Of a DNA stretch of 64,000 nt, positions 21,628-31,299 are shown piece after piece. Source of the DNA: an uncultured delta proteobacterium. GTDB lineage: Bacteria; Desulfobacterota; Desulfuromonadia; Geobacterales; DSM-12255. Position 1 is the stretch's first letter, and each line of letters starts with the position of its first letter. Location of the stretch: contig CAWBBV010000001.1 in NCBI GenBank assembly GCA_963787125.1, positions 384,001 through 448,000 on the forward strand, in the 5' to 3' direction. A program made the translations under genes and the position numbers. The notes under the pieces are model-generated. The model saw nothing but the letters and a program-made list of their open reading frames with translations. It ran no database searches and had not been told where the DNA came from.

Positions 21628-22215
21628 AGCTTCCTATAGCTTCTATGACCCCTATAGCTTCTATTGAAACTCCTTCAACCAATGGGGGCGAATGAATAGG
21701 CGACAGATCTATTTTTAGCACAGCAATCAACAAAAAAACCGCCTCCCGGTATTTTCCGGTACAGCGGCTATATTTATTCACAACTTTTATACACATTCAA
21801 ATAACACCCTATGTAACATCACACTAAAATAGAGTTCAAAATACAACCCCGTTTTACAGCTGTCAAAGAAAATTATAAAACCCTTGTTAATGCCGGTGAA
21901 TTAATTCCGTGTTATGGGAAGTCCTCTCTGTTAAATGCATTTTGAGTGTTGATCTCTTTGCTTTTTTCCCCGAATTACTAGTAGGTTAAGCAAAATCGGT
22001 CTATTTAGCTGTAGCATTCAATATGATTTAAGCATGGTTTGGTTTTTTGCGTTCAGAGGTGGTTTTTGTGTGCCAGTCTTCACTACTGGATATTTTATGG
22101 CGGGGGTGATTTGAATAATCTTGACACAATTCACATGCGGAAAACACGTAAGACCCCATTAGGGCCTACATTCCACGAGGGGGCCTTTTAAATTAATGGG
22201 GAAGGAAGTATAACC

Positions 22216-23229
22216 TCAGCAGATCCGCGGCAACTGCTCGCCACTAAGCATCTCCACCCCTCTGATTCCGCCGGAGGTCGTTTCAAGAGCGACCTTCCCG
22301 CTCCCGTTGCCGCTAACAACCCCGATGATGGCGGCATCTACCCCCAAAGGATGTGCCTGCAGAAGCGCCATAGCAGTGGGTGTTGACTCCGGAGCTACGA
22401 AAAGCAGCATCTTCCCCTCATTGGCCACATAGAGCGGATCGAGCCCGAGGATTGCGCAGACCCCATTAACAGCGTCCTGCACCGGCAGGCAATCCTCCTT
22501 CAGCATCAAATCGACAACGGATTGCAGCGCAATCTCCTTGAGGGTGGTCGCCACTCCGCCCCTGGTCGGATCGCGCAGCACGTGCAGGTCATTGCCGAGA
22601 GCCGCGACAAGTTCGAGTACCAGTGAGTTCAGTGCTGCCGAGTCGCTCTGAATGGATGTCTCCAGCTCCAGCCCTTCTCTGCTCGCCATGACCGCGATAC
22701 CGTGATCACCGATAGTACCGCTGACAATGATGCTGTCGCCGACTTTGGCATTGGCGCCGTTAATCACCAGTTCGTGCTCAACCACGCCGATACCGGAGGT
22801 GTTGATGAAGATCCGGTCGGCTTTGCCGCGTGGCACGACTTTGGTGTCGCCGGTGACAATCCTGACCCCGGCACTATCTGCAGCTTGCCGCATTGAACCC
22901 AGGATCTCGGCCAGCTCCTTTTTACTGAAGCCTTCTTCAAGGATCAGACCGACACTCAGCCAGAGCGGTTTTGCCCCCATCATGGCAAGATCGTTGATTG
23001 TGCCGTTGACAGCCAGATCGCCGATATTTCCCCCGGGAAAAAAGACCGGTTGCACAACATAGGAGTCGGTCGTGTAAGCCAGTTTTCCGCCGGCAAATTG
23101 CAGCAGGGCTGCATCGTTCTGTCCGGCTTGTTCAATCCCGGAGAGCGCCGGAATAATCAGCTCGTCAAGTAGTTGATGGGAGAGCCTGCCGCCGCTGCCA
23201 TGGCCGAGAAGGATAAGGTCACTGTTCAT
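22216..23229 (-). CDS. hypE: Hydrogenase maturation carbamoyl dehydratase HypE
   Basis: HGSGG, TTDSYVV, DPTRGG, ANEGK, C-terminal PRIC. Confidence 0.97.
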   Translation of the reverse strand: MNSDLILLGHGSGGRLSHQLLDELIIPALSGIEQAGQNDAALLQFAGGKLAYTTDSYVVQPVFFPGGNIGDLAVNGTINDLAMMGAKPLWLSVGLILEEGFSKKELAEILGSMRQAADSAGVRIVTGDTKVVPRGKADRIFINTSGIGVVEHELVINGANAKVGDSIIVSGTIGDHGIAVMASREGLELETSIQSDSAALNSLVLELVAALGNDLHVLRDPTRGGVATTLKEIALQSVVDLMLKEDCLPVQDAVNGVCAILGLDPLYVANEGKMLLFVAPESTPTAMALLQAHPLGVDAAIIGVVSGNGSGKVALETTSGGIRGVEMLSGEQLPRIC

Positions 23230-23942
23230 GCAATTTTCTCCCGTCGTCTGGCAAGTAGAATGATATTGGCAACCGTAAAGATAGCCCCGCCGGTCAGCGC
23301 CATAATCGCACCCGGCTCCTTGTGAACCTCTATCAGTGCAGCCTTCAGCGGCGGCGGCGCAATGTCCTTAATGTAAACACCGTGCCCCAGGTGAAAGAAC
23401 GGGTGGTTCGGGCTGATGATTGCAGTTTTGACTTTGCCGGCAGTTATGCACTCAAGCGTTGCCGAGTAGGCGGTCGGCATCCCCATTTTGCTGTAGGTTG
23501 CGGCAAAATCCTTGAAAACTACGTCTGATCCGTCCGGGAAGCGTATCGAGGAGCCGGCTTCCACCTGCATCGCCTGCTTGAAGCCGCCGTAGGCGCTCTG
23601 CAGATGGGCGATGATGATAAAGAGGAAGCCGAGATGCATCAACTGCGGTGCAATTCTAACCAAAAAGCTCCCCTTGTCCCATTTCAGCCGGAGCGATTCA
23701 AGGCTGCAGAGCAGCGTATTAAGGGCAAGGACAGCTATGAGGCCGATTGCACCCCAGAGCCACCACGATTCACGCAGCGGCACTTCACGAAGCCAGTCGT
23801 AGAGCGCACCTTCATTGATGCTCGACCCTTCGCCCTGCAAAAAGGAGCCGACTGCCAGCAGCAGCATGACTCCGCCAAGGAGCCAAAGGCCGAGAGTGAG
23901 TGAAGCGAGACGGTTGTAAATATTCTGCAAAACTTCTTTCAT
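23226..23942 (-). CDS. ResB-like cytochrome c biogenesis protein (short)
   Basis: LASLTLGLWLL, LNTLLCS, HLGFLFIII, NHP motifs; next to CcsA. Confidence 0.75.
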   Translation of the reverse strand: MKEVLQNIYNRLASLTLGLWLLGGVMLLLAVGSFLQGEGSSINEGALYDWLREVPLRESWWLWGAIGLIAVLALNTLLCSLESLRLKWDKGSFLVRIAPQLMHLGFLFIIIAHLQSAYGGFKQAMQVEAGSSIRFPDGSDVVFKDFAATYSKMGMPTAYSATLECITAGKVKTAIISPNHPFFHLGHGVYIKDIAPPPLKAALIEVHKEPGAIMALTGGAIFTVANIILLARRREKIA

Positions 23943-23953
23943 ACCAACTCCGT

Positions 23954-24673
23954 CTAAAAACTGTGCGAACTTTTCATCAGCAGGCTGACACCCAGGTAAG
24001 TAAACATCGTCACGCCGAAGCCGATAATCCCGCCCCAGGCGATGGCTTTCTCCCACTTTTGCCCTTTGAGTCTCAGATGAAGATAGCTGCCGTAATAAAG
24101 CCAGAGAATTGACGTCCAGAACTCCTTCGGAGTCCAGAGCCAGTAGGTTCCCCAGGCGTAGTAGCCCCAGATTCCGCCTGAGGTCATGGATGCCGAAAAG
24201 AAGGAAAATCCGACCAGCGCCGCCGTCTGCTGGGCATCCAGAAAAGAGCGTTCCTTTTGCAGCAGAAACAGAGCTCCGAGAATCGCTCCGATGCCGAAAA
24301 GGGCATAGGCAAAGAAAGCCAGGGCAACATGGAGCTCAAACCAAAGAGTGTTCAGGATTGGCGGCATCGGCATGTTGAAGATCGGAAACGGCAGTGCCAT
24401 AAGTGCGGTAGTTGCGGCAAGCAGCGAGACGCCTGTCCGGAAGTGGCCAGAGCTGCGCAGCGATTTATTAAAGAGAAACGGAACTGCCATAAGTGCGCAG
24501 CTGGTAGAGAAAAATGCCAGGGTGTCATGGGGGCCGATAAGGGGAAGCCTGCCAAGCTCAAGGCCGCGACTGGCCAGGTAGACAAGCTCTGCGGTAACGC
24601 CGGCGAGAAAAATTGAACGGCGAAAGCAGCCGCAGAGGTAAAATCCGATTGATAAGCAGAGGAGCCATTTCAT
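23954..24673 (-). CDS. ccsA: Cytochrome c assembly protein CcsA/ResC
   Basis: WWD-type motif GGIWGYYAWGTYWLWTPKE, HVALAF, C-terminal HSF. Confidence 0.88.
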   Translation of the reverse strand: MKWLLCLSIGFYLCGCFRRSIFLAGVTAELVYLASRGLELGRLPLIGPHDTLAFFSTSCALMAVPFLFNKSLRSSGHFRTGVSLLAATTALMALPFPIFNMPMPPILNTLWFELHVALAFFAYALFGIGAILGALFLLQKERSFLDAQQTAALVGFSFFSASMTSGGIWGYYAWGTYWLWTPKEFWTSILWLYYGSYLHLRLKGQKWEKAIAWGGIIGFGVTMFTYLGVSLLMKSSHSF

Positions 24674-24825
24674 GGCTGCAGAGTATAACGGCACTAATTG
24701 CCCGACAAGGGAAAAATTACAAAAAGCTGTTTTAAGTTGAAATCGACACCATACGGGTTTATTATCCCTTTCCCCTTTAAACTTCACTATAACTACATTT
24801 ATAGCGCAAACATGAGGTTTGGAAT

Positions 24826-25665
24826 ATGTACAAGCTCCGCCTCCTTCTGAAAAAAATTCACACTCCTATCACGATCATGCTGATACCCCACTCCCGCTTC
24901 AGCTCGCGGAGCGTCAGGATTCCTGTTGTTGCCGCAGCGCTCTTCTGTCTGTTAGCCTGTGTCGGCGCGGTTTTTTCCCTTTCACTGACGATCCAGGCCT
25001 TTGATTATTATCGAATGAAGAGTGAATACACAAAGATGTCCAAAAACTTCAACGAGATGGAGTCAACCATGGCTTCACTCAAACAGTCGGAATCACAGTT
25101 CAGGAAGCTCTTTTCCCTCGGCTCCCGCAAGGAAGTGCTGAAAAACGTGGATAACAGCAGTGAAGATGGATCTATCGATGTGGAGGCGCTGAAAAAAGAG
25201 ATAACTTCTTCCATGAACGCAGTTGAGGAGATAAAGAAATATCTTGCCAAGGAACAGAATGTTTTCCTGACAAGCCCCAGTGGCTGGCCTGCTCCGGGAA
25301 AGATCAGCTCCGGTTTCGGCATGCGGGAACACCCGAAATACGGGGGGCGGAAACTGCATACCGGGATAGATATAACGATGCCGAAGGGGACCCCCCTGCA
25401 CGCAACGGCTGACGGAATGGTCAGCTTTGCTGATAGAAGCGGCGGCAACGGTAATATTGTGGTTATCGAACATGGCCACGGACTTACCACGGTGTATGCC
25501 CACACTTCTAAAAACTGTGTCAAGCCGGGGCAGGCGGTAAAGCGTGGCGACATAATCGCCTATTCCGGCTCTACCGGGATCTCGACCGGCCCTCATCTCC
25601 ATTATGAAGTCTGGCGTGATGGCCAGAGCATTAATCCGGCGCCTTTTCTGGAAAGCAAGAGTTGA
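24826..25665 (+). CDS. M23-family metallopeptidase
   Basis: HTGID, YAH, STGPHLHYEV motifs; N-terminal TM and coiled coil. Confidence 0.93.
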   Translation: MYKLRLLLKKIHTPITIMLIPHSRFSSRSVRIPVVAAALFCLLACVGAVFSLSLTIQAFDYYRMKSEYTKMSKNFNEMESTMASLKQSESQFRKLFSLGSRKEVLKNVDNSSEDGSIDVEALKKEITSSMNAVEEIKKYLAKEQNVFLTSPSGWPAPGKISSGFGMREHPKYGGRKLHTGIDITMPKGTPLHATADGMVSFADRSGGNGNIVVIEHGHGLTTVYAHTSKNCVKPGQAVKRGDIIAYSGSTGISTGPHLHYEVWRDGQSINPAPFLESKS

Positions 25666-25689
25666 CCGCCAAAAAAGGAGAATAATTTG

Positions 25690-26058
25690 ATGTTCAGCAG
25701 CAAGAAACATCCAAAACTGGAAGTAATAATCGGCAGCGATACAGTCGTGAAGGGTGAGATCAACTCTAAGGGGACGGTCAGGATAGATGGCCGCTTTGAG
25801 GGGAATCTCAACGCTGAAGCGGTTATTATCGGCGAGGGCGCTTATCTTCTTGGTGATATCACTGCCAGGACGCTATTGGCCGCAGGCAGAATTACCGGCA
25901 ATGTGCACTCAAGCGAAAGTGTCGAGATTCAGCCCAAAGGTGAAGTCTGCGGTGATATCTATACATCGAGACTGACTGTTGCTGATGGCGGAGTTTTTGA
26001 AGGGCGCTCGTACATGCAAAAGAGCAGGGAGCTTGAGTATAAACCGTCAGAAGGTTAG
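25690..26058 (+). CDS. Bactofilin (polymer-forming cytoskeletal protein)
   Basis: IIG...VKGEI...RIDGRFEG...G.VFEG beta-helix pattern; adjacent to M23 peptidase, a common pairing. Confidence 0.9.
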   Translation: MFSSKKHPKLEVIIGSDTVVKGEINSKGTVRIDGRFEGNLNAEAVIIGEGAYLLGDITARTLLAAGRITGNVHSSESVEIQPKGEVCGDIYTSRLTVADGGVFEGRSYMQKSRELEYKPSEG

Positions 26059-26082
26059 GGTAAACAGGACAAGGAGCTTACC

Positions 26083-26415
26083 ATGAGTGATAAAACAGAA
26101 AGCCTTATCGGCAGAGCAGTTGAGATGAACGGCTTGGTAGCTTATGCAAGCGGTTCTGTTGTCAGTCGTACTCTGCTTGACAGGAAGGTCGGCACCATAA
26201 CCATTTTTTCATTTGATGCCGATCAAGGACTGAGCGAGCATACTGTCCCATATGATGCCTTTATCGAGATTATTGACGGCGTTGCCGATGTTACCATCGA
26301 CGGTAAGGTTCAAAGGGTCTCCAGCGGCGAGTTCATCATCATGCCGGCCAATATTCCCCATTCCCTTAAAGCGGTCGAAAAGTTCAAGATGATGCTGGTG
26401 ATGATCAGGGCGTAA
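26083..26415 (+). CDS. Cupin domain protein
   Basis: FDADQGLSEHT, MPANIPHSL. Confidence 0.88.
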   Translation: MSDKTESLIGRAVEMNGLVAYASGSVVSRTLLDRKVGTITIFSFDADQGLSEHTVPYDAFIEIIDGVADVTIDGKVQRVSSGEFIIMPANIPHSLKAVEKFKMMLVMIRA

Positions 26416-26417
26416 TT

Positions 26418-27530
26418 TCAGGAAAACCTGATTTCAAGAAAAGTCAGGTCGTCATCCAGACGGATATCGTTTGAATACGTCAATAAAGCTTCGTGTAATG
26501 TTTTGATCTCGATGGGATTTTTTGGATACCCCTGAGATTTAAGAATGTTTATCAAGCCATCAGCTTCTAATAGTTTCCCTGCTGCATCCTGAATCTCGAT
26601 GGCACCGTCGGAGAACATCAGGAGCCGGTCTCCAGAGTCACAAATAAATTCAATCTCATCATAATCGGCATCATCAGCCACCCCGAAAGGCCACCCCGGG
26701 GCTTCGATCACTTTTGTGCATCCATTTGCCTTAAACAGGATCAGCGGCGGCCCGCCGGCAGAGGTAATCCGGACGCTTTTTTGGGAAGCATCCAGAACTC
26801 CGCAGAGCGCCGTCGCAAAAGATTCGTCCTTGACTATCTTGCAGAGTTCACGATTGAGATGCCCGGCGAATTCCGCAGGGTTGACAAGGGTCTGGCTGTA
26901 GCGATCCCAAAGTGAACTCAGATGCATGGTGTAGAGAGCTGCAGCCACTCCGTGTCCCATGACATCCGCGAGAACAAAGCCGTAGCGGTCGGCATCAAGT
27001 TGGCAAATTGCGAAATAATCTCCGCCAACCATGTCGTGTGGTAGATAAATAGTGTCAAAACCGACACGTTCATCTTTTGGCAGTTCATGATTCATGGAGA
27101 GGGTCTGAATTTTTTTCGCGCGCATCAGATTTGCGTAGGTTTCAGAAAAATCGTGAAAAGTTTCGACACCGCCAATTACCCGGCCGTCCGCATCATGCAT
27201 AGGGGCAACAGAAACAGCCATTGGCAGGCGTCCACCCGTACTGGTCAGGCCGAAAACGATGAGCGGTGCGCCACTTTTTTTATCAGTGCGCATGCTGCGA
27301 TGCAGTGGGCAGAACTCCTCACCACAGAGGCGTCTGCCATCTTTATCCACATGGACAAGAACGTTGTCAAGGCAGCGGCGCCCAACAACCTCCTGAGACT
27401 TCCAGCCGGTAATCCTTTCAGCAGCCTTGCTCCAGTAGAGAATTGTGCGGTCAGGATCACAGACATATAACCCCTCGTTCAACGAGTTGAGAATAACATC
27501 TGCATGGGCGAGATTTATTTTTGAGTACAT
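26418..27530 (-). CDS. PAS + SpoIIE/PP2C (RsbU-like) phosphatase
   Basis: PAS (WSKAAERITGW); VGGDYF, ADVMGHG, FSDG, DDLT motifs. Confidence 0.9.
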   Translation of the reverse strand: MYSKINLAHADVILNSLNEGLYVCDPDRTILYWSKAAERITGWKSQEVVGRRCLDNVLVHVDKDGRRLCGEEFCPLHRSMRTDKKSGAPLIVFGLTSTGGRLPMAVSVAPMHDADGRVIGGVETFHDFSETYANLMRAKKIQTLSMNHELPKDERVGFDTIYLPHDMVGGDYFAICQLDADRYGFVLADVMGHGVAAALYTMHLSSLWDRYSQTLVNPAEFAGHLNRELCKIVKDESFATALCGVLDASQKSVRITSAGGPPLILFKANGCTKVIEAPGWPFGVADDADYDEIEFICDSGDRLLMFSDGAIEIQDAAGKLLEADGLINILKSQGYPKNPIEIKTLHEALLTYSNDIRLDDDLTFLEIRFS

Positions 27531-27646
27531 GCTTGACCTCCTGCTATTGCTGTAAGCGTAACATTCCAATCCCCACTGTCAAACTTCTCCTGTCTCGATC
27601 TGGTCACGACGGTCCTGGCTGAACCGGCTCATTTTCTTTGACATCC

Positions 27647-27674
27647 TTGACATAATCCTTTTCCGCTATAAAAT
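27647..27674 (+). promoter_or_regulatory. Candidate sigma70 promoter
   Basis: TTGACA-N16-TAAAAT upstream of the 27833 kinase operon. Confidence 0.45.
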
Positions 27675-27832
27675 GTCTTAACGGGCTGTTTTTTAAGATT
27701 ATTTTGGACATGCTCCCAACTGTTTCCTCACCCTGATAAACAGGATAAGTGCGTTAACGAAGTTATTTTCCGCCTAAAAGCGCAGAAAATAACTCCTAAC
27801 TCACTAAAAGATGAGAAAGAGGTCCGAAAACC

Positions 27833-29785
27833 ATGGAAGAGTCCCTCCGCAAGCAGGAAAAGTTCGCTGAAAAACTGATTGAAAACTCTGCTGCCGCAAC
27901 CTTCGTTCTGGATGCGCACCATAAGGTTATCCTCTGGAACAGGGCCTGTGAAGAGCTGACCGGCATTGCCGCGGCAGCCATGATCGGCACCAGTGATCAT
28001 TGGCAGGCGTTTTATGACCATCAACGGCAGTGCCTCGCGGATGTCGTCATAGACGCGGGTTATAAAGGGCTTGAGGGCCAGTATGCCGACTACGCAAAAT
28101 CAACCCTTGTCCATGATGGTCTGCACGCTGAAGGGTGGTATCAAAATCTCAACGGCAAGGACCGTTATATCCTCTTTGATGCGGCACCCATATATGACAA
28201 CAAGGGGGATCTGCTTGCGGTCATCGAAACCATTCAGGATACAACCGCCAGCAAAAAGTTGGAAGAAACTCACCGCCTCCAAAGCGCGGCACTGCAAGCC
28301 GCCGGCAATGCAATTTTAATTACCGATAAGAACGGCACCATCGAGTGGGTTAACACGGCTTTTACTGCACTCACCGGCTATAGCCCCGAAGAGGTAATCG
28401 GCAGGAATCCAGGGCAGTTTCTCAAGTCGGGCGTCCACGGCGAAGGTTTCTATAAAAGGCTGTGGGACAACATTCTCCAGGGAGAAATCTGGTGTGGTGA
28501 AATAACCAATCGCCATAAAAACGGCGCTCTTTATCCCGAGGAGCAGACCATTACCCCGGTAAAGGATGCCCGTGGCGAGATCACTCATTTCATTGCCATC
28601 AAGCGCGATCTCAGTGAACACCGCAAGCTTGAAGCGCTGCTTAACCAATCCCAGAAAATGGAATCCATCGGTACCCTGGCTGGCGGTATTGCCCATGACT
28701 TCAACAATATTCTCGCCGCCATCATCGGCTATGGTCAATTTACTTTGATGAAAATGCCGGTGGCAGACCCCCTGCGGCACAACATTGAGAGCATGCTCGA
28801 AGCTGCGGATCGGGCAGCCCATCTCACCAAGGAGCTGCTGTTGTTTAGCAGGAAGCAGCCGATTGATAGAAAACCGCTGGACTTGAATCTGGTTGTCGCC
28901 AAGGTGGAAAACTTTCTGAAAAAAATTATCAGCGAGGATATTGCTTACCAGACCACCCTTCACGAAGCCCAACTGCCGGTTTTCGCCGATGAGTATCAGC
29001 TTGAACAGATACTGATGAATCTGGCAACCAATGCCCGTGACGCCCTGCCCCAGGGTGGATCATTTACGGTGACCACGGAAAACGTCACACTGGACAGTGA
29101 GTTCGTCACCACCCATGGCTATGGCAAATCCGGTTCTTACGCGCTGATATCAGTCACAGACACCGGCACAGGCATGGATGAGGCAACGCAGCAGCGGATC
29201 TTCGAACCGTTCTTCACAACCAAGGAGGTCGGCAAAGGCACCGGTCTGGGCCTGGCGGTAACCTACGGCATCATCAAACAGCATGATGGCTACATTACCG
29301 TGCAGAGCCAACCGGGCAGCGGCACTACTTTCAGAATATACCTGCCGATCATTGACGCAAAAACCGAGGAAGAAAGCCTGATAGAGCCGAAAATGTCAGT
29401 GGTTGGCGGTGCGGAGACCATACTTCTCGCCGAGGATGATGAAACCGTAAGGGTGATGACGAAAAAACTGCTGACGGATTTCGGTTATACGGTTATTGCT
29501 GCGGTGAACGGCATGGACGCAGTCAGCAAATTCAGGGAGAACAGCCAGAGCATAGATATGTTGATGTTCGATCTCATCATGCCGCAGATGAACGGTAAAG
29601 AAGCGTTTGATGAAATCCGGCGGGTCAGCCCCGGTATCAAAGCCCTGTTTTACAGTGGCTATGCTCCGGAAGTAATCCGGCAGAAAGTAACCCTGGCTGC
29701 AGGTACCGATCTGATGGCCAAACCTGCTTCTCCGGTTGAGGTTCTGCGAAAAGTGCGCAGTGTGCTGGATGGCGAACGCCATTAA
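27833..29785 (+). CDS. PAS-PAS hybrid histidine kinase (HisKA-HATPase-REC)
   Basis: [38 protein letters not shown]. Confidence 0.95.
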   Translation: MEESLRKQEKFAEKLIENSAAATFVLDAHHKVILWNRACEELTGIAAAAMIGTSDHWQAFYDHQRQCLADVVIDAGYKGLEGQYADYAKSTLVHDGLHAEGWYQNLNGKDRYILFDAAPIYDNKGDLLAVIETIQDTTASKKLEETHRLQSAALQAAGNAILITDKNGTIEWVNTAFTALTGYSPEEVIGRNPGQFLKSGVHGEGFYKRLWDNILQGEIWCGEITNRHKNGALYPEEQTITPVKDARGEITHFIAIKRDLSEHRKLEALLNQSQKMESIGTLAGGIAHDFNNILAAIIGYGQFTLMKMPVADPLRHNIESMLEAADRAAHLTKELLLFSRKQPIDRKPLDLNLVVAKVENFLKKIISEDIAYQTTLHEAQLPVFADEYQLEQILMNLATNARDALPQGGSFTVTTENVTLDSEFVTTHGYGKSGSYALISVTDTGTGMDEATQQRIFEPFFTTKEVGKGTGLGLAVTYGIIKQHDGYITVQSQPGSGTTFRIYLPIIDAKTEEESLIEPKMSVVGGAETILLAEDDETVRVMTKKLLTDFGYTVIAAVNGMDAVSKFRENSQSIDMLMFDLIMPQMNGKEAFDEIRRVSPGIKALFYSGYAPEVIRQKVTLAAGTDLMAKPASPVEVLRKVRSVLDGERH

Positions 29786-29799
29786 GTTATGGGGGTGGT

Positions 29800-30864
29800 A
29801 TGGAAAAGAAACAAGCAGAGCCGCAGGCAACAGTTCTGGTCGTCGATGACGATTTCCAGGTTCTCGAATCGATCCTGCTTGTGCTCGGTGCCCACGGCTA
29901 CCCGGTGGTTACGGCTGGCAGTGCCGCCGAAGCATTGGAGCGGCTGGATGACCGGGAGGTACAGATCGTGCTCACCGACATCAGAATGCCGGGCATGAGC
30001 GGCATCGAACTGGCCGGTAAAATTCACCAACATGATCCGGATTTGCCGGTGCTTATCATGACCGCCTACGCCGAAACCGATGTTGCAGTCAGCGCCCTGA
30101 AAAGCGGTGCTTTCGATTTCATTTACAAGCCGTTCAATCCGGGCCTGCTGCTGCATGCAATCGGTAAAGCGGCAGCATTCAGCCGGATGAAGAATAACGA
30201 AAAAAACTATCGACTGGACCTTGAAGCTGCAGTGAAAAAAAAGACGGAGGAGCTTTGGGATCTGAACAGAGAGGTCATCCGCCGCCTGACCGTGGTCGCC
30301 GAATACCGTGACACGGATACCGGCTGGCACAACTGGCGGATCGGCCGGTTTTCCGGCATTATTGCCGAAGCACTTGGCCTGTCGACCGCTTTTACAGCGA
30401 CTATTCTGCTTGCCAGCACTCTCCATGATATCGGCAAGGTCGCGGTACCTGACAGTATCCTTTTGAAGCCGGGAGCACTGACTACAGATGAGTTTGCAGT
30501 TATCAAGACTCATTCGGCGCTCGGGGCGAAGATGCTGGAAGGCTCTGCTCACGCCGTCATCCAGATGGCCGAAACGATTGCCTTGAACCATCATGAGCGC
30601 TGGGATGGCAGCGGTTACCCCAACGGTCTGCGGGGAGAAGAGACTCCGATAGAGGGGCGGATAGTCATGCTGGCCGATCAATATGACGCCCTGCGGGCAC
30701 GCCGTCCCTACAAGGAGCCTTTCAGTCACGCGGAAGTCTGCCGGATTATTCTTCATGGGGATGGCAGAACGATGCCGGCCCATTTCGATCCGCAGATCCT
30801 TGATATTTTCAGACAGATGGAGGTTGAATTCGCCATTGCTTTTGAATCGCTGCTGGATCACTAG
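29800..30864 (+). CDS. REC + HD-GYP cyclic-dinucleotide phosphodiesterase
   Basis: REC (VVDDD, DIRMP); LHDIGK, HHERWDGSGYP. Confidence 0.95.
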   Translation: MEKKQAEPQATVLVVDDDFQVLESILLVLGAHGYPVVTAGSAAEALERLDDREVQIVLTDIRMPGMSGIELAGKIHQHDPDLPVLIMTAYAETDVAVSALKSGAFDFIYKPFNPGLLLHAIGKAAAFSRMKNNEKNYRLDLEAAVKKKTEELWDLNREVIRRLTVVAEYRDTDTGWHNWRIGRFSGIIAEALGLSTAFTATILLASTLHDIGKVAVPDSILLKPGALTTDEFAVIKTHSALGAKMLEGSAHAVIQMAETIALNHHERWDGSGYPNGLRGEETPIEGRIVMLADQYDALRARRPYKEPFSHAEVCRIILHGDGRTMPAHFDPQILDIFRQMEVEFAIAFESLLDH

Positions 30865-30888
30865 GAATTAAGTTTGGCAGGAGCTGCT

Positions 30889-31257
30889 ATGAAAAAGGTA
30901 CTAGTTATTGATGATGATATTCAGTTCAATAAAATGGTCTGCATGATTCTTGAGGACAGCGGTTATGCAGTCAGGTCGGCCCATGATGGCGTTGCAGGGC
31001 TGAAGATGTTTATGCAGGAGCGCCCTGACCTGGTGATAACGGATCTCTACATGCCTGAAAAAGAGGGGCTGGAGACGATCATGGAGCTGCGTCAGGAAGA
31101 CAGTAAGATTAAAATTCTGGTGATGTCAGGAGGCTCGCCGCACATGAACATGGCGGAAATGTTCAATATGGCCGGGCTGTTCGGTGCTGATGCTGCCCTG
31201 CCCAAACCGTTCTCCATGGGAACGTTCCTTGAGAAAGTTAGTGAGCTGATGGGTTAA
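30889..31257 (+). CDS. Single-domain response regulator
   Basis: VIDDD, DLYMP, SGG, KPF. Confidence 0.92.
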   Translation: MKKVLVIDDDIQFNKMVCMILEDSGYAVRSAHDGVAGLKMFMQERPDLVITDLYMPEKEGLETIMELRQEDSKIKILVMSGGSPHMNMAEMFNMAGLFGADAALPKPFSMGTFLEKVSELMG

Positions 31258-31299
31258 CCGTAGCAGTCCATTCACGGTGAAATTGTTCCGAGGTCATCA

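Noticed and set aside
21700..22210. AT-rich intergenic region as riboswitch/ncRNA
   Set aside because: No GEMM or other motif could be recognised by eye; needs an Infernal/Rfam scan.
27760..27833. Possible frameshifted N-terminal extension of the PAS kinase
   Set aside because: Upstream frame shows no recognisable domain, and the ATG at 27833 has a plausible RBS and promoter.
29782..30861. 359-aa antisense ORF, and similar long shadow ORFs over gltBD, the ATPase fusion and hypD
   Set aside because: Fully overlap well-supported genes on the opposite strand; typical of GC-rich DNA, no motifs.
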